Source: Candidatus Parcubacteria bacterium (GTDB lineage Bacteria; Patescibacteriota; Minisyncoccia; Phycocordibacterales; PALSA-1337). From it: 64,000 bases of DNA. The position numbers and the translations under genes were made by a program. Shown here in pieces: positions 8,168 through 18,861 of this stretch. Under the pieces are notes generated by a model that saw nothing but the letters and a program-made list of their open reading frames with translations, ran no database searches and was not told where the DNA came from. Location of the stretch: contig JBDLTF010000001.1 in NCBI GenBank assembly GCA_039799225.1, forward strand, positions 42,488 to 106,487, read 5' to 3'. Each line of letters starts with the position of its first letter. Position 1 is the stretch's first letter.

Positions 8168-8194
8168 TAAAGGTGCTTCGCAGCACCTTTTTAC
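8168..8194 (+). terminator. Intrinsic terminator aaaggtgc-ttcg-cagcaccttttt after the NYN gene
   Basis: Hairpin plus T-run. A pnp leader with RBS GGAGG follows. Confidence 0.5.
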
Positions 8195-8272
8195 TAATCT
8201 TAATCGCCTCTAGATAGGCAGATTTGAAGAGTGAACCTCATTCAAACCTGAAATCTGGAGGCGCCCTCATAC

Positions 8273-10483
8273 ATGAATAAGAAAGAATACTCGATCGAGC
8301 TCGGCGGCAAGACGCTCACAGCGGAATTCAATGATCTCGCGGAGAATGCTGATGGATCCGTCATGGTCCGCTATGGCAACACCGTTGTGCTCGCTACTGC
8401 AGTCATGGGCAAACTGAAGGAAGGTGACTTCTTCCCGCTCACTGTCGACTATGAGGAGCGCTTCTACGCAACTGGAAAAATTCTCGGCTCACGATTTGTT
8501 CGCAGGGAAGGGAGGCCATCGACCGAAGCGATTCTTTCTGGTCGCATTGTTGACCGCACTATCCGTCCTCTTTTCAATCAGCACATGCGCAATGAGGTGC
8601 AGGTCATCATTACAACGCTCTCAATAGATCAGGATGATCCTGATGTAGTCTCCGTTATCGCCACATCACTTGCACTGGGAACTTCAAATATTCCTTGGAA
8701 TGGTCCTGTCTCTGCAGTTCGCGTCGCACGTGATGGTAAATGGCTCATCAATCCTGATTTCAAGGCGCGCGAAGAAGCAGGAGTCGTACTCGAGATGGTC
8801 GCGTGTGGAAAAGATGGCACAATCAACATGATTGAGGTCGCTTCGAAAGAAGTCGACGAAGAATCTATGAATGAAGGTCTTGCCAAAGCTTCAGCTGAGA
8901 TCGAGAAGATTCAAGCATGGCAAAAGAAGATCATTGCGGAAATCGGCAAACCCAAGACTGAAGTACAGCTTCCTGAAGCTACACCAGGCACAAAAGAGTT
9001 GTTTCACGCTGAGATTGAGCCAAAATTGGCACAGTATGTCATGAGCTCGACGCCAGGACACAAGAAGATCAATGAGATTAACAAGATGTGGACCGACCTC
9101 TTCACTGAAAAAATCCCTGCGGGCAACCATGCAATGGCACAAGAGGTATTCGAGGAAGCTGTTAATGATCTTCTACATACTGAAGCAATAGAGAACGGAA
9201 AACGCGCCGATGGTCGTGGTATGGATGATGTTCGCTCACTCTTCGCACAGGCAGGTGGTGTTTCACCAATTCTTCACGGATCCGGTATCTTCTACCGTGG
9301 AGGTACTCACATTCTCTCAACACTCACACTCGGTAGTCCCGGAGATGCACAAGTCATCGATGCACTCATCGAGCACGAAGATAAGCGCTTCATGCACCAC
9401 TACAATTTCCCGCCATTCTCTACCGGCGAGACAGGTAGAGTTGGTGGGACCAATCGTCGCATGATCGGACATGGAGCTCTCGCTGAGAAAGCGCTCTTGC
9501 CAATTATTCCTGCAAAAGATGTCTTCCCGTATACCATTCGTCTCGTCTCAGAAGCGATGTCATCGAATGGATCAACTTCGATGGGTTCAGTCTGCGGATC
9601 GACGCTCGCGCTCATGGATGGGGGAGTTCCTATCAAAGCTCCGGTTGCAGGAATTGCGAGCGGCCTTATGATGCGCCCGAAAAAAGGCGGGCAATCATTC
9701 TTGAAGGGTTTACTCGGTGGTGCAGATTATGAATACAAAGTCCTCACTGATATTCAGGGACCAGAAGATCACCACGGCGACATGGATTTCAAAGTCGCAG
9801 GAACTCGCGAGGGAATTACGGCCGTGCAGATGGATGTGAAGGTTGGCGGCATTCCGCTCAAAGTTATTTCTGAAGCATTTGAAAAGGCCAAGGTTGCACG
9901 CTTCAAGATTCTCGATGTTATCGAGAAGGCCATAGCCACACCACGCACGAAGATATCTCCGAATGCGCCCGAAATTATTGTCATGAAGGTGAAGCCTGAC
10001 CAAATCGGCCTTGTTATTGGTTCAGGAGGAAAAACTATCAATGAGATTCGCGACGTCACACATGTCGAAGACATCACTATTGAAGACGATGGATCTATCT
10101 TCATTACTGGCAAGAATGAGACCGCTGCAAAAGCAAAAGAGATTATCTACAACATGACCCGCGAATATATGCCGGGGGAGAAATTCGAAGGGGAAGTGAC
10201 GCGTCTCATGGAATTTGGCGCATTCGTGAAAATCGGCCCGAATGCAGAAGGACTTGTACATGTATCGGAAATGGCTCCATTCCGCGTCGAGAATGTCGAA
10301 ACATACGTGAAAGAAGGTGACAAAGTTCCTGTCGTCGTCAAAGAAGTCGACGAGAAAGGACGTCTCAACCTCTCAATCAAGGCGGCAAATCCTGATTTCT
10401 TCACCAAGAAAGAAGAAGTCCCCAAGCCACCTCGACCACCGCATGCCGCAGGAGGACACCGTGGACCACATAAGAGATTCTAA
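8273..10483 (+). CDS. pnp: Polynucleotide phosphorylase (PNPase)
   Basis: 736 aa. Two RNase PH-like domains, then KH (GKTINEI) and S1 (GEVTRLMEFGAFV) domains. Confidence 0.9.
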   Translation: MNKKEYSIELGGKTLTAEFNDLAENADGSVMVRYGNTVVLATAVMGKLKEGDFFPLTVDYEERFYATGKILGSRFVRREGRPSTEAILSGRIVDRTIRPLFNQHMRNEVQVIITTLSIDQDDPDVVSVIATSLALGTSNIPWNGPVSAVRVARDGKWLINPDFKAREEAGVVLEMVACGKDGTINMIEVASKEVDEESMNEGLAKASAEIEKIQAWQKKIIAEIGKPKTEVQLPEATPGTKELFHAEIEPKLAQYVMSSTPGHKKINEINKMWTDLFTEKIPAGNHAMAQEVFEEAVNDLLHTEAIENGKRADGRGMDDVRSLFAQAGGVSPILHGSGIFYRGGTHILSTLTLGSPGDAQVIDALIEHEDKRFMHHYNFPPFSTGETGRVGGTNRRMIGHGALAEKALLPIIPAKDVFPYTIRLVSEAMSSNGSTSMGSVCGSTLALMDGGVPIKAPVAGIASGLMMRPKKGGQSFLKGLLGGADYEYKVLTDIQGPEDHHGDMDFKVAGTREGITAVQMDVKVGGIPLKVISEAFEKAKVARFKILDVIEKAIATPRTKISPNAPEIIVMKVKPDQIGLVIGSGGKTINEIRDVTHVEDITIEDDGSIFITGKNETAAKAKEIIYNMTREYMPGEKFEGEVTRLMEFGAFVKIGPNAEGLVHVSEMAPFRVENVETYVKEGDKVPVVVKEVDEKGRLNLSIKAANPDFFTKKEEVPKPPRPPHAAGGHRGPHKRF

Positions 10484-10564
10484 ATACCCTATAAATAATC
10501 CTCCGGCAACGGGGGATTATTTATACCTGTCACTAATCTGCAAACTCCTGTTATAATATGAGTA

Positions 10565-12688
10565 ATGAACGACGATCTTCTCACGCCGAAGCCGCAACCG
10601 ACTCCTGCAGAGCCTGACGCCGCACCTGCACCAAATGATACCGAGGAACAAGACACGGTAAGTGACCGAGTTTTCGATTTTACCGATGGAGACATCAAGC
10701 CAGTAAGTGAACTCGATGGCCCAGTCACTCATAAGGTTAACCTCGAAATTGCTGAGGCTCTAAGGAATCCGTCTGCGATTATGAACAGTATGAAGACGGG
10801 CATATCCGTACCAGCCCCTCGACCTGCGACTATTCCTGTCCGCGATCCAATCAACAAACTTGAAGCAGTACTACCACCACCTGTACCTGCAGTTCCAAAA
10901 CCAATTCCTCATCCGCCGATAGATCTTACTATGCAAGCTCCTGCAGTGAAGGTGTACTCACAGATTCCACATGCTCCAACAACGCCACCTCCGGCACCAA
11001 TATCTGCTGTACCTCAACCTGTTTCGAAATTTGTAACCGAAGCTTCTTCTTTCCCAAAAATGCCTGTCGAACCTGCAATTCCTTCGACCCAAAAGACTTC
11101 TGACAACCCTGCTTCAGCCGCAGAATTACAAGAGATCCTCAAGAAGGTACATAGTCAGACCCAAGCAGCTCCGCCGACTATCAGAGAAAACTTGCTCGAC
11201 AAAAATATAGGAAGTCTCGATGCGACCCCGTTTGCCGCACCAACAACTCAACCATCACCTATACCTTCAGCAAATCTGTCTTCTCCGATGAATGCACCAT
11301 CACCGGTCAGTATTCCTGTTTCACAGAAGATACCTGCAATAGATCGCATACAGAGTTCTATACCAAACCCAATAACCAGTGGACCTCAACTCGTACAGAA
11401 TGCACCTGTTCCAATACCTCTCAAAGATATACCCGAATCAATCAACAAAGCACGAACTTCTCCATACAATGCTCCATCGAAGGTAATCGGGGCACGATTG
11501 TCAGACTACACCGCAGATCCTGTCGCTCCAGCTAAGTCACAGAGCTTGCAAGACGCTATCAGTGGTGTACTTCCTGGCGACAAACCTGCTGCGCCGAAGC
11601 CATTCCAAAACCAAGATAGTCCTTTCAAACCTATACGCACATACGAAGGTGACGTCGCTGAAGTCATGTCGCATCGCAGACCATCGACCGCATCAATAGC
11701 AATCGCCGAGGCCAAGAAGGTAGAGGGGGAAGAGCGTATATCGAATGACACTGGACCAAAAAAGGATTCTCAGCTCGTACTCAAGCTCGTCATGGCTTTA
11801 CTCATACTCATACTCTTGGGTGGAGGAGCGTTCGCGGGATATTATTTGTATAGCAAGAGTCCTCTAGCTACTAGTGTTTCAAAAACCCCTGTTCAAGCAT
11901 CTGGCAGGCCTGGAATTGTCCGTGCAGATAGTTATGCAGTGATTCCTATCGACAACCAGCTTCCAACAACTCTACTCTCGCGTATCCGCACTGAAGCGGC
12001 AAAAGAACAAACTCCGGGAACAATCAAGGAGATTATTCTTGCGCGTAAGACAGCTTCTTCGAATGCAGCCACCTTCACACAGATAAGCGCTCCTGAAGCT
12101 ATCTCCGGATTGGATATATCCGTCCCTGACATATTGAAGCGCACCATCACCAATGATTGGATGCTCGGTGTCTATACGAGCCCCACAAATGAAAAGGGAG
12201 CTTTCGCAATTGTCACCACGAACTTCTTCCAGAACGCCTTCGCTGGAATGCTTCAGTGGGAAGCAACTATAGCTGACGACCTCAAACAATTTATATATCC
12301 TTCGAACGTCGCAGGTATAGCAAACTCACGAGATACGAACGTTGCAAGCCCAACCATTGATCTTGAATCGTTGCTACCATCTATCGTACCCGCATCCACA
12401 AGCGCAATTTCCTTGGGCTCAACAACTATTTCACGCTCATCTGCCACATCGACTGCAACTTCAACAATCATCGAGGTTGTAGCTCCACTCAGACCTTACT
12501 TCACACTCCGGGGAACCTTCGAAGACCGTATTATCAAGAACAAGGATGTCCGCGCTTTCCGAACAGAAAATGGATCCATCCTCTTCCTTTATTCATTTAT
12601 AGACAATGCACACCTCGCTTTGGCAAGTGATGAAGCGACTCTTATTGAAGTCTTGACCCGCCTTGAAAGACAGTCTTTGATACGGTAG
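10565..12688 (+). CDS. Single-pass membrane protein with a roughly 400-aa proline/alanine/serine-rich N-terminal region and a roughly 280-aa C-terminal domain
   Basis: 707 aa. One TM helix LVLKLVMALLILILLGGGAFAGYYLY near residue 400. Low-complexity PxP repeats. No family recognised. Confidence 0.5.
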   Translation: MNDDLLTPKPQPTPAEPDAAPAPNDTEEQDTVSDRVFDFTDGDIKPVSELDGPVTHKVNLEIAEALRNPSAIMNSMKTGISVPAPRPATIPVRDPINKLEAVLPPPVPAVPKPIPHPPIDLTMQAPAVKVYSQIPHAPTTPPPAPISAVPQPVSKFVTEASSFPKMPVEPAIPSTQKTSDNPASAAELQEILKKVHSQTQAAPPTIRENLLDKNIGSLDATPFAAPTTQPSPIPSANLSSPMNAPSPVSIPVSQKIPAIDRIQSSIPNPITSGPQLVQNAPVPIPLKDIPESINKARTSPYNAPSKVIGARLSDYTADPVAPAKSQSLQDAISGVLPGDKPAAPKPFQNQDSPFKPIRTYEGDVAEVMSHRRPSTASIAIAEAKKVEGEERISNDTGPKKDSQLVLKLVMALLILILLGGGAFAGYYLYSKSPLATSVSKTPVQASGRPGIVRADSYAVIPIDNQLPTTLLSRIRTEAAKEQTPGTIKEIILARKTASSNAATFTQISAPEAISGLDISVPDILKRTITNDWMLGVYTSPTNEKGAFAIVTTNFFQNAFAGMLQWEATIADDLKQFIYPSNVAGIANSRDTNVASPTIDLESLLPSIVPASTSAISLGSTTISRSSATSTATSTIIEVVAPLRPYFTLRGTFEDRIIKNKDVRAFRTENGSILFLYSFIDNAHLALASDEATLIEVLTRLERQSLIR

Positions 12689-12697
12689 TATAGTGTC

Positions 12698-13057
12698 ATG
12701 AACAAGAAAGATACTGAGCAATTCAAGAAGAAACTTCTCGCCGAAAAGGCGGAGCTCGAAAGTGAGCTTGGGAGCATCGGACGTAAATCACCTGGTACAG
12801 GAGGGTGGGAAGCTACCCCTGGAGACATGCAGGTTGATCCGGCTGATGAGAACGAGGTCGCTGATAAGCTCGAGGAACTCGAGGAGAATACCGGCATCGT
12901 TAGCCAGCTCGATAAGCAGCTGAGCGAAATAGAAGCCGCTCTCGATCGTATTGAGAAGGGGACATACGGAACTTGTGAGACTTGCGGTAAGCCTATAGAA
13001 ATTGAGCGCTTGGAAGCAAACCCTTCCGCACGAGCCTCGATCAAACACTCCCACTAG
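12698..13057 (+). CDS. DksA/TraR-family protein
   Basis: 119 aa. N-terminal coiled coil and a C-terminal CETCGKPI..RL motif. Confidence 0.6.
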   Translation: MNKKDTEQFKKKLLAEKAELESELGSIGRKSPGTGGWEATPGDMQVDPADENEVADKLEELEENTGIVSQLDKQLSEIEAALDRIEKGTYGTCETCGKPIEIERLEANPSARASIKHSH

Positions 13058-13135
13058 GGAGTGTTTTCGCATCTCATCACAATTTCTCTATCGTTTCCTC
13101 ATTATTTCTTCATTTGAGATTGCTATGCTCAAGGG

Positions 13136-14665
13136 ATGAGTATAGCAAGATCATATAGCGCGCAACTTTCTGGTTTGCGCACCGAGATAGTCACGATAGA
13201 GGTCGATATATCGAACGGCCTGCACAATTTTTCCGTGGTCGGACTCGGCGATCGAGCAGTGGAAGAATCCAAAGATCGTATATCAGCCGCGATAAAAAAT
13301 ATCGGCTTCGTATCTCCGAAACAGAAAAATCAAAAAGTAGTGATATCTCTCGCACCTGCCCATGTGCGCAAAGAAGGTCCTTCGTTTGATCTCGCCATGG
13401 CGCTCGCGTATCTTCACGCCTCAGGGGACATCGAGCTTGATGCAGACAACAAGCTCTTCTTGGGAGAGTTATCGCTTGATGGAAAGATCAGGAAAATTGG
13501 CGGGGTACTACCGATACTCTGCCAAGCACCAGCTCATGGGTATACATCTGCATTCATACCCAAAGAAGACGAGGTTGAGGCTTCTCTCGCGCAAAACATA
13601 ACCATCTATGCGGTATCTCACATCAAAGAGATCATAGATCATATGACAGGAACTATACATCTCACGCCAATAGGCACTTCTTCGGTGAATGTTGATACAA
13701 CGGAGTCCAACCATGACATACCTGATATGCACTCCATACGCGGCAATGAAGCTGCGAAAAGAGGTCTCGAGATTGCTGCCGCAGGAGCTCACAATATTAT
13801 TCTATATGGACCTCCTGGCACAGGGAAGACAATGCTCGCTAACGGATTCAGATCCATCATGCCACCACTTTCGTATGAGCAATCTCTCGAGGTTACTAGT
13901 ATATATTCAGCAGCAGGTGAACTGAAGGATGGTAGACTGGTCACCAATCCTCCATTTCGTGCTCCACATCATACAGCCTCATATCCAGCCGTCGTTGGAG
14001 GAGGAAGTTTTCCTCGGCCAGGCGAAGTCACTTTGGCTCATCGTGGCATACTTTTCCTTGATGAATTCCCAGAATTTGACCGAAGCGTCATAGAAGCACT
14101 TCGCCAACCACTCGAGGACCGTTCAATAACTATTTCTCGTGCCCGAGGTATCGTCACATTCCCCGCACAGTGCATACTTATCGCATCAATGAATCCCTGT
14201 CCGTGTGGACTCGGTAAGGAACGAGGGTGTACTTGTCCCGAACATATATTCCGATCATATCGCCGGAGACTGTCGGGACCAATCATGGATCGTATAGATA
14301 TATGGTCGACTGTCGATAAGATTGATTATGATAAGTTGGCTGCTCGAGAATCAGAGTCGGAAGATTCTACAACGATAAGAAAACGGGTTATTGCCGCTCG
14401 TATGCGACAGAAGGCTAGATTTGAGAAAAGTGGACTGACGATTCACTATAACAGCGAAATGGGAGCTGATGATATAGAAAAATGCATAAACATAACTGAT
14501 GATGCCCGAGAATCATTGAAGAATTCTGCAGAGAGGCTCGGAATATCCGGCAGGGCATTCCACCGGACAATCAAAGTTGCTCAAACTATAGCGGATCTCA
14601 CCGGCTCAGATACTATCGAGCGGACACATATCCTTGAGGCACTACAGTATAGAGAAAAATCCTGA
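13136..14665 (+). CDS. comM: YifB/ComM-family Mg-chelatase-like AAA+ ATPase
   Basis: 509 aa. Lon-like N-terminal domain, Walker A GPPGTGKT, Walker B LFLDEFPEF. Confidence 0.8.
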   Translation: MSIARSYSAQLSGLRTEIVTIEVDISNGLHNFSVVGLGDRAVEESKDRISAAIKNIGFVSPKQKNQKVVISLAPAHVRKEGPSFDLAMALAYLHASGDIELDADNKLFLGELSLDGKIRKIGGVLPILCQAPAHGYTSAFIPKEDEVEASLAQNITIYAVSHIKEIIDHMTGTIHLTPIGTSSVNVDTTESNHDIPDMHSIRGNEAAKRGLEIAAAGAHNIILYGPPGTGKTMLANGFRSIMPPLSYEQSLEVTSIYSAAGELKDGRLVTNPPFRAPHHTASYPAVVGGGSFPRPGEVTLAHRGILFLDEFPEFDRSVIEALRQPLEDRSITISRARGIVTFPAQCILIASMNPCPCGLGKERGCTCPEHIFRSYRRRLSGPIMDRIDIWSTVDKIDYDKLAARESESEDSTTIRKRVIAARMRQKARFEKSGLTIHYNSEMGADDIEKCINITDDARESLKNSAERLGISGRAFHRTIKVAQTIADLTGSDTIERTHILEALQYREKS

Positions 14666-14690
14666 GAGGGTAGCTCTCAGGATTTTTGGT
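14662..14690. terminator. Bidirectional terminator cctgagag-ggtag-ctctcagg + ttttt, between the convergent comM and M23 peptidase genes
   Basis: Perfect 8-bp stem plus T-run. Confidence 0.55.
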
Positions 14691-14701
14691 CAAAATATAT
14701 A

Positions 14702-15772
14702 TTAGAAAGGATTTTTCGCGCCGCGAATCTCGAAATGGAGGTGGACACCGGTGACTCCTTGAACTTTTCCTGTCGCACCCATAAGACCGATCTTCTGGCC
14801 TTGCTCGACATTCTGTCCTGCAAGAACGAGGTTCTTAGAAAGGTGTCCGTACACGGTCTGTGTACCGTTATCATGAGAAATAATGATGAGATTTCCATAA
14901 CCGCCATTCCATCCTCCGCTTGAGCTCAAAATTACCTTGCCAGCGGCAGCTGCATATATCGGTGCGCCCATATATGAGGCGAGGTCGACACCGTTATATC
15001 CATGAAGACCTTGTGTCTTGGTACCACCAGATATCGGACGAGTATAGTATCCTGCATAACTTGGACCATTAGTATCGTGCGCGGTATTTCCAGTCGCGAC
15101 ATACTTGGTCTGCACCAATGGTTGTTCTGCATCAGGAATGATGATGACCTGTCCTACAGAAAGCGTTGAACCGAGGGTGAGGTCGTTGTACTGCAACATT
15201 TCACCAACATCAGCCTTGTATTTGAGTGCGATTCCTTTGATAGTATCCCCCTTCTTCACTGCATAGTTGATACCAGTGACTGGCAAGATAACGAGTGTCT
15301 GTCCAGCACGGAGGGAAGTCGATCGAGTGATATCATTGGCCCACATAATTGTATTAACAGAAACATTGAACATGCCAGCAATACCTGAGAGGGTATCGCC
15401 CTCGCGGACGGTATAAAGACTAATCTGAGTATTTGCAGTACTACTCATAAACGAATCGGCAATTGCGACATCAGCGACAAGTGCATTACCTACGACAGGG
15501 ACCACTCCGACGGGCTTCTCTGGGTTCGGATCGATTGCATTGGCGGCCTGTAAGAGGGCAATTGTCTGGGAAGTCCTTCCTGTGGAGCTCTCAACTTTCG
15601 CCGAAACCTTCTCACTTCCGAAGAGAGAACTCATATACGAAACGAGACCCGCATGAGCGGTCTCAGAGAATGTGAATATGGATATGACCGAGATGCTAGC
15701 GATGACCGACCACAAGGTGGCGCGCTTTGCAAAAGATATATTTTGTGTCCTATTTTGTAAGTTATATTTCAT
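14702..15772 (-). CDS. Secreted LysM-domain M23 family metallopeptidase (peptidoglycan hydrolase)
   Basis: 356 aa. Signal peptide, two LysM-like repeats (GDTLSGIA..., GDTIKGIA...), and an M23 HLHFEIR motif. Confidence 0.8.
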   Translation of the reverse strand: MKYNLQNRTQNISFAKRATLWSVIASISVISIFTFSETAHAGLVSYMSSLFGSEKVSAKVESSTGRTSQTIALLQAANAIDPNPEKPVGVVPVVGNALVADVAIADSFMSSTANTQISLYTVREGDTLSGIAGMFNVSVNTIMWANDITRSTSLRAGQTLVILPVTGINYAVKKGDTIKGIALKYKADVGEMLQYNDLTLGSTLSVGQVIIIPDAEQPLVQTKYVATGNTAHDTNGPSYAGYYTRPISGGTKTQGLHGYNGVDLASYMGAPIYAAAAGKVILSSSGGWNGGYGNLIIISHDNGTQTVYGHLSKNLVLAGQNVEQGQKIGLMGATGKVQGVTGVHLHFEIRGAKNPF

Positions 15773-16070
15773 AACATTTGTATCATTTCCGCAAGATGTC
15801 CGCGTGACGGGGATTCAGATTATGATACAGACTCCTCAATAAATAAATGGCCTTGTTAAGCCATATTATTCCCTCTATAGAGAAAGGTACTTATCTAGGG
15901 TATCAGGTGCGGAAGTATTGTCAATGCAAGATATAAACAGTCATTTTATTGGACAAAATGTCAATTAATAGCGTGTGGTAATATTAGAAAAGTGCTCACG
16001 ACTTGGTCGAGGATGGTCACCGATTCGCATACCTCATCGAGGTTCATCTTTTGTATGGTAAACTTCCCCC

Positions 16071-18047
16071 ATGTCCACTCTCAATGACGCTCAACAACGC
16101 GCCGTCGACACCTTCGACGGCCCCGTCCTCATCATCGCTGGAGCTGGGGCAGGTAAGACACGGGTGATCACCCAACGCATCCTCAATCTGATCAAAAAAG
16201 GGGTTGCTCCGCACAATATTCTTGCTATCACCTTCACCAACAAGGCTGCAAAAGAGATGCGTGAACGTGTAAATCACCTTATTGAACAGGATGCGACCCT
16301 GAATGTACCTATTTCATTTCATGAACGACCATTTTTGAGCACATTTCATGCGCTTGGCGTCCATATCATCAGAGAAAACGCTGTTTTGCTCGGTTTAACT
16401 CGCCATTTCACCATCTGTGATCGTGGGGATTCCAAGCGCGCAGTAAAGGATGCCATGGAACAGTGTTCTATCGATCCGAAGAGATTCGACCCAGGAACCA
16501 TGCTCAATATGATATCTCGTGCAAAAGGGGATGGTATGAGTCGTCTAGAGTATGCAGACGCAGCCAATGATCATATGCAAGAAATGGTCGCTCAGGTCTG
16601 GGAGAAGTACGATGCAACCCTGCTCAAAGATAAATCTCTCGACTTTGATGACCTCCTGCTCAAAACCATGCAACTTCTTGCGAACAATCCTCAGGTACGC
16701 GCAAAATATCAGTCTATCTGGAAATATATTCATATCGATGAGTATCAAGACACAAATAAGGTGCAATACAGGATTGCAAAATACCTCGCCGAAAGGCACC
16801 ACAATATTTGCGTAGTGGGTGATGCGGACCAGAATATCTATAGCTGGAGAGGTGCGACCATCGAAAACATCTTGAATTTCGAGAAGGATTACCCAGAAAC
16901 GACCGTTATCGCACTCGAGAAGAATTATCGCTCAACCAAGACCATTCTCGCAGCTGCCAACAGTGTCATCGAGAAAAATCGTTTACGAAAGAAGAAAACT
17001 CTGTACACAGACAATGACGCGGGCGAGAAAATATCACTGAATGCCTCATATACTGAAGTCGATGAAGCGCGCAATATTGCAGACTCTGCGCGAAATATTA
17101 TTGAGAAGGGAACTTCCGCACGAGATATTGCCGTACTCTATCGCGCAAATTTCCAGTCACGAGCCATAGAAGAGGCATTCATCAAGAAAAATATCCCGTA
17201 CCAACTCCTCGGTGTGCGCTTCTTCGAAAGAAAAGAGGTTAAAGACGTGTTGTCATATATTCGCGCAGCGCTTAACAAGGAATCATGGGCTGATATAGGT
17301 AGAGTCATCAATACTCCCGCACGCGGAATAGGGAAGGTTTCCATCGTAAAAATCATGTCAGGAAGATCGGATTTGTTGCCGAGTGCTATGCGAGAAAAGT
17401 TGAGCTCGTTCTGGAAACTCTTGGAGGATATACGTCACGAAATCTATGAGAAGAAGCCTTCTGAGGCGGTGCGTTTCGTCATTCAAGAGACTGGTCTCGA
17501 GCGCATGCTCCGTGCAGGGGACGCAGAAGATGAAGAACGGTTGCTCAACATCCAAGAATTGGTATCTGTCGCGGCTCAATACGATGAATATGTCGCACCG
17601 GAACAACCTGCGGACGCAGTTACGGAAGAGAAGATACCTGCAGGCATCGAGGCTTTCCTTACAAATGCCGCGCTCGCGAGCGACCAAGATGATCTCGAGA
17701 AAGACCATGACGCCGTACGTCTCATGACTGTTCACGCCTCGAAAGGTCTCGAGTTTGACCACGTATTCATCGCCGGCCTTGAGCAGGACCTTTTCCCATT
17801 CAAGCATATGGACGATGAAGGTATGAGCGAATCAGAAAGCGAAGAGGAGCGCCGTCTCTTCTATGTCGCATTGACGCGCGCCCGCAAAAAGGTACATTTG
17901 AGTCATACGCTCATCCGCACCGTCTATGGTGCTCAGCGTGTGAATACCGCATCGGAATTTATCGGGGATATAGAGACATCTCTCATCGAAGACCAAGCTC
18001 CACCTGAGAAACCTTCAGGAGCAAAGGCACTCTTCATTGATTTTTAA
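16071..18047 (+). CDS. UvrD/PcrA-type ATP-dependent DNA helicase
   Basis: 658 aa. Walker A AGAGAGKTRV and the standard SF1 helicase motifs. Confidence 0.85.
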   Translation: MSTLNDAQQRAVDTFDGPVLIIAGAGAGKTRVITQRILNLIKKGVAPHNILAITFTNKAAKEMRERVNHLIEQDATLNVPISFHERPFLSTFHALGVHIIRENAVLLGLTRHFTICDRGDSKRAVKDAMEQCSIDPKRFDPGTMLNMISRAKGDGMSRLEYADAANDHMQEMVAQVWEKYDATLLKDKSLDFDDLLLKTMQLLANNPQVRAKYQSIWKYIHIDEYQDTNKVQYRIAKYLAERHHNICVVGDADQNIYSWRGATIENILNFEKDYPETTVIALEKNYRSTKTILAAANSVIEKNRLRKKKTLYTDNDAGEKISLNASYTEVDEARNIADSARNIIEKGTSARDIAVLYRANFQSRAIEEAFIKKNIPYQLLGVRFFERKEVKDVLSYIRAALNKESWADIGRVINTPARGIGKVSIVKIMSGRSDLLPSAMREKLSSFWKLLEDIRHEIYEKKPSEAVRFVIQETGLERMLRAGDAEDEERLLNIQELVSVAAQYDEYVAPEQPADAVTEEKIPAGIEAFLTNAALASDQDDLEKDHDAVRLMTVHASKGLEFDHVFIAGLEQDLFPFKHMDDEGMSESESEEERRLFYVALTRARKKVHLSHTLIRTVYGAQRVNTASEFIGDIETSLIEDQAPPEKPSGAKALFIDF

Positions 18048-18049
18048 AC

Positions 18050-18847
18050 ATGAAACTATTCGCAAAAAAATCTCTCGGTCAACATTTCTTGAACTCAACA
18101 CATGTGCTTGAGCAAATTATCGCTGCCGCACAACTCGAAAAAGGGAAGCTGGTACTTGAGATAGGACCGGGAACCGGTGTTTTGACACGTGCTCTGTTGG
18201 CAGCAGGCATGAATGTCATCGCAGTCGAAAAGGATACACGCGCCATCGATGTACTCAAAGAAACATTCAAGGAAGAAATGTCTGTTGGAAAATTACATCT
18301 CATTGAAGGAGATATTCTTGAAATGACACCCGAGAAGCTGTCTGAAAATTCTTTGTTACCTTCTTCATACTCCCTTATAGCCAATATCCCTTACTACATA
18401 ACCGGAGCCATCCTCGAAAAATTCCTCGAACATGGTCCACGACCAGACAAGATGGTGCTCCTCGTGCAAAAAGAAGTTGCAGAGCGCATCGTCACGCGTG
18501 ATGGCAAAGAAAGTATCCTTTCAATATCGGTCAAAGCATTTGGTACACCGAAGCTTGTCGCAAAAGTTCCTCCAGGTGCATTCACACCTCCACCAACTGT
18601 CGATTCAGCAATACTCTCTATCACTGACATATCGGACAGACTCTTCACTGAGAAGAATGTTGATATATCGAAATTTTTCTCAATCGTAAAAGCGGGATTT
18701 GCTCACAAAAGAAAATTTGCTATTCGAAATGTTGAGACTGTTCTCGAGAGGGAAGTTGCCGAAGCTGTTTGGAAAAAAACGAATCTCGACCCGAAGATAC
18801 GCGCCGAGGATATCACCATATCAGACTGGCTCAATATCGCTTCGTGA
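18050..18847 (+). CDS. rsmA: 16S rRNA (adenine1518/1519-N6)-dimethyltransferase RsmA/KsgA
   Basis: 265 aa. LGQHFL, SAM-binding motif EIGPGTGVLT, NIPY. Confidence 0.85.
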   Translation: MKLFAKKSLGQHFLNSTHVLEQIIAAAQLEKGKLVLEIGPGTGVLTRALLAAGMNVIAVEKDTRAIDVLKETFKEEMSVGKLHLIEGDILEMTPEKLSENSLLPSSYSLIANIPYYITGAILEKFLEHGPRPDKMVLLVQKEVAERIVTRDGKESILSISVKAFGTPKLVAKVPPGAFTPPPTVDSAILSITDISDRLFTEKNVDISKFFSIVKAGFAHKRKFAIRNVETVLEREVAEAVWKKTNLDPKIRAEDITISDWLNIAS

Positions 18848-18861
18848 TAGAATAGTGGTGC

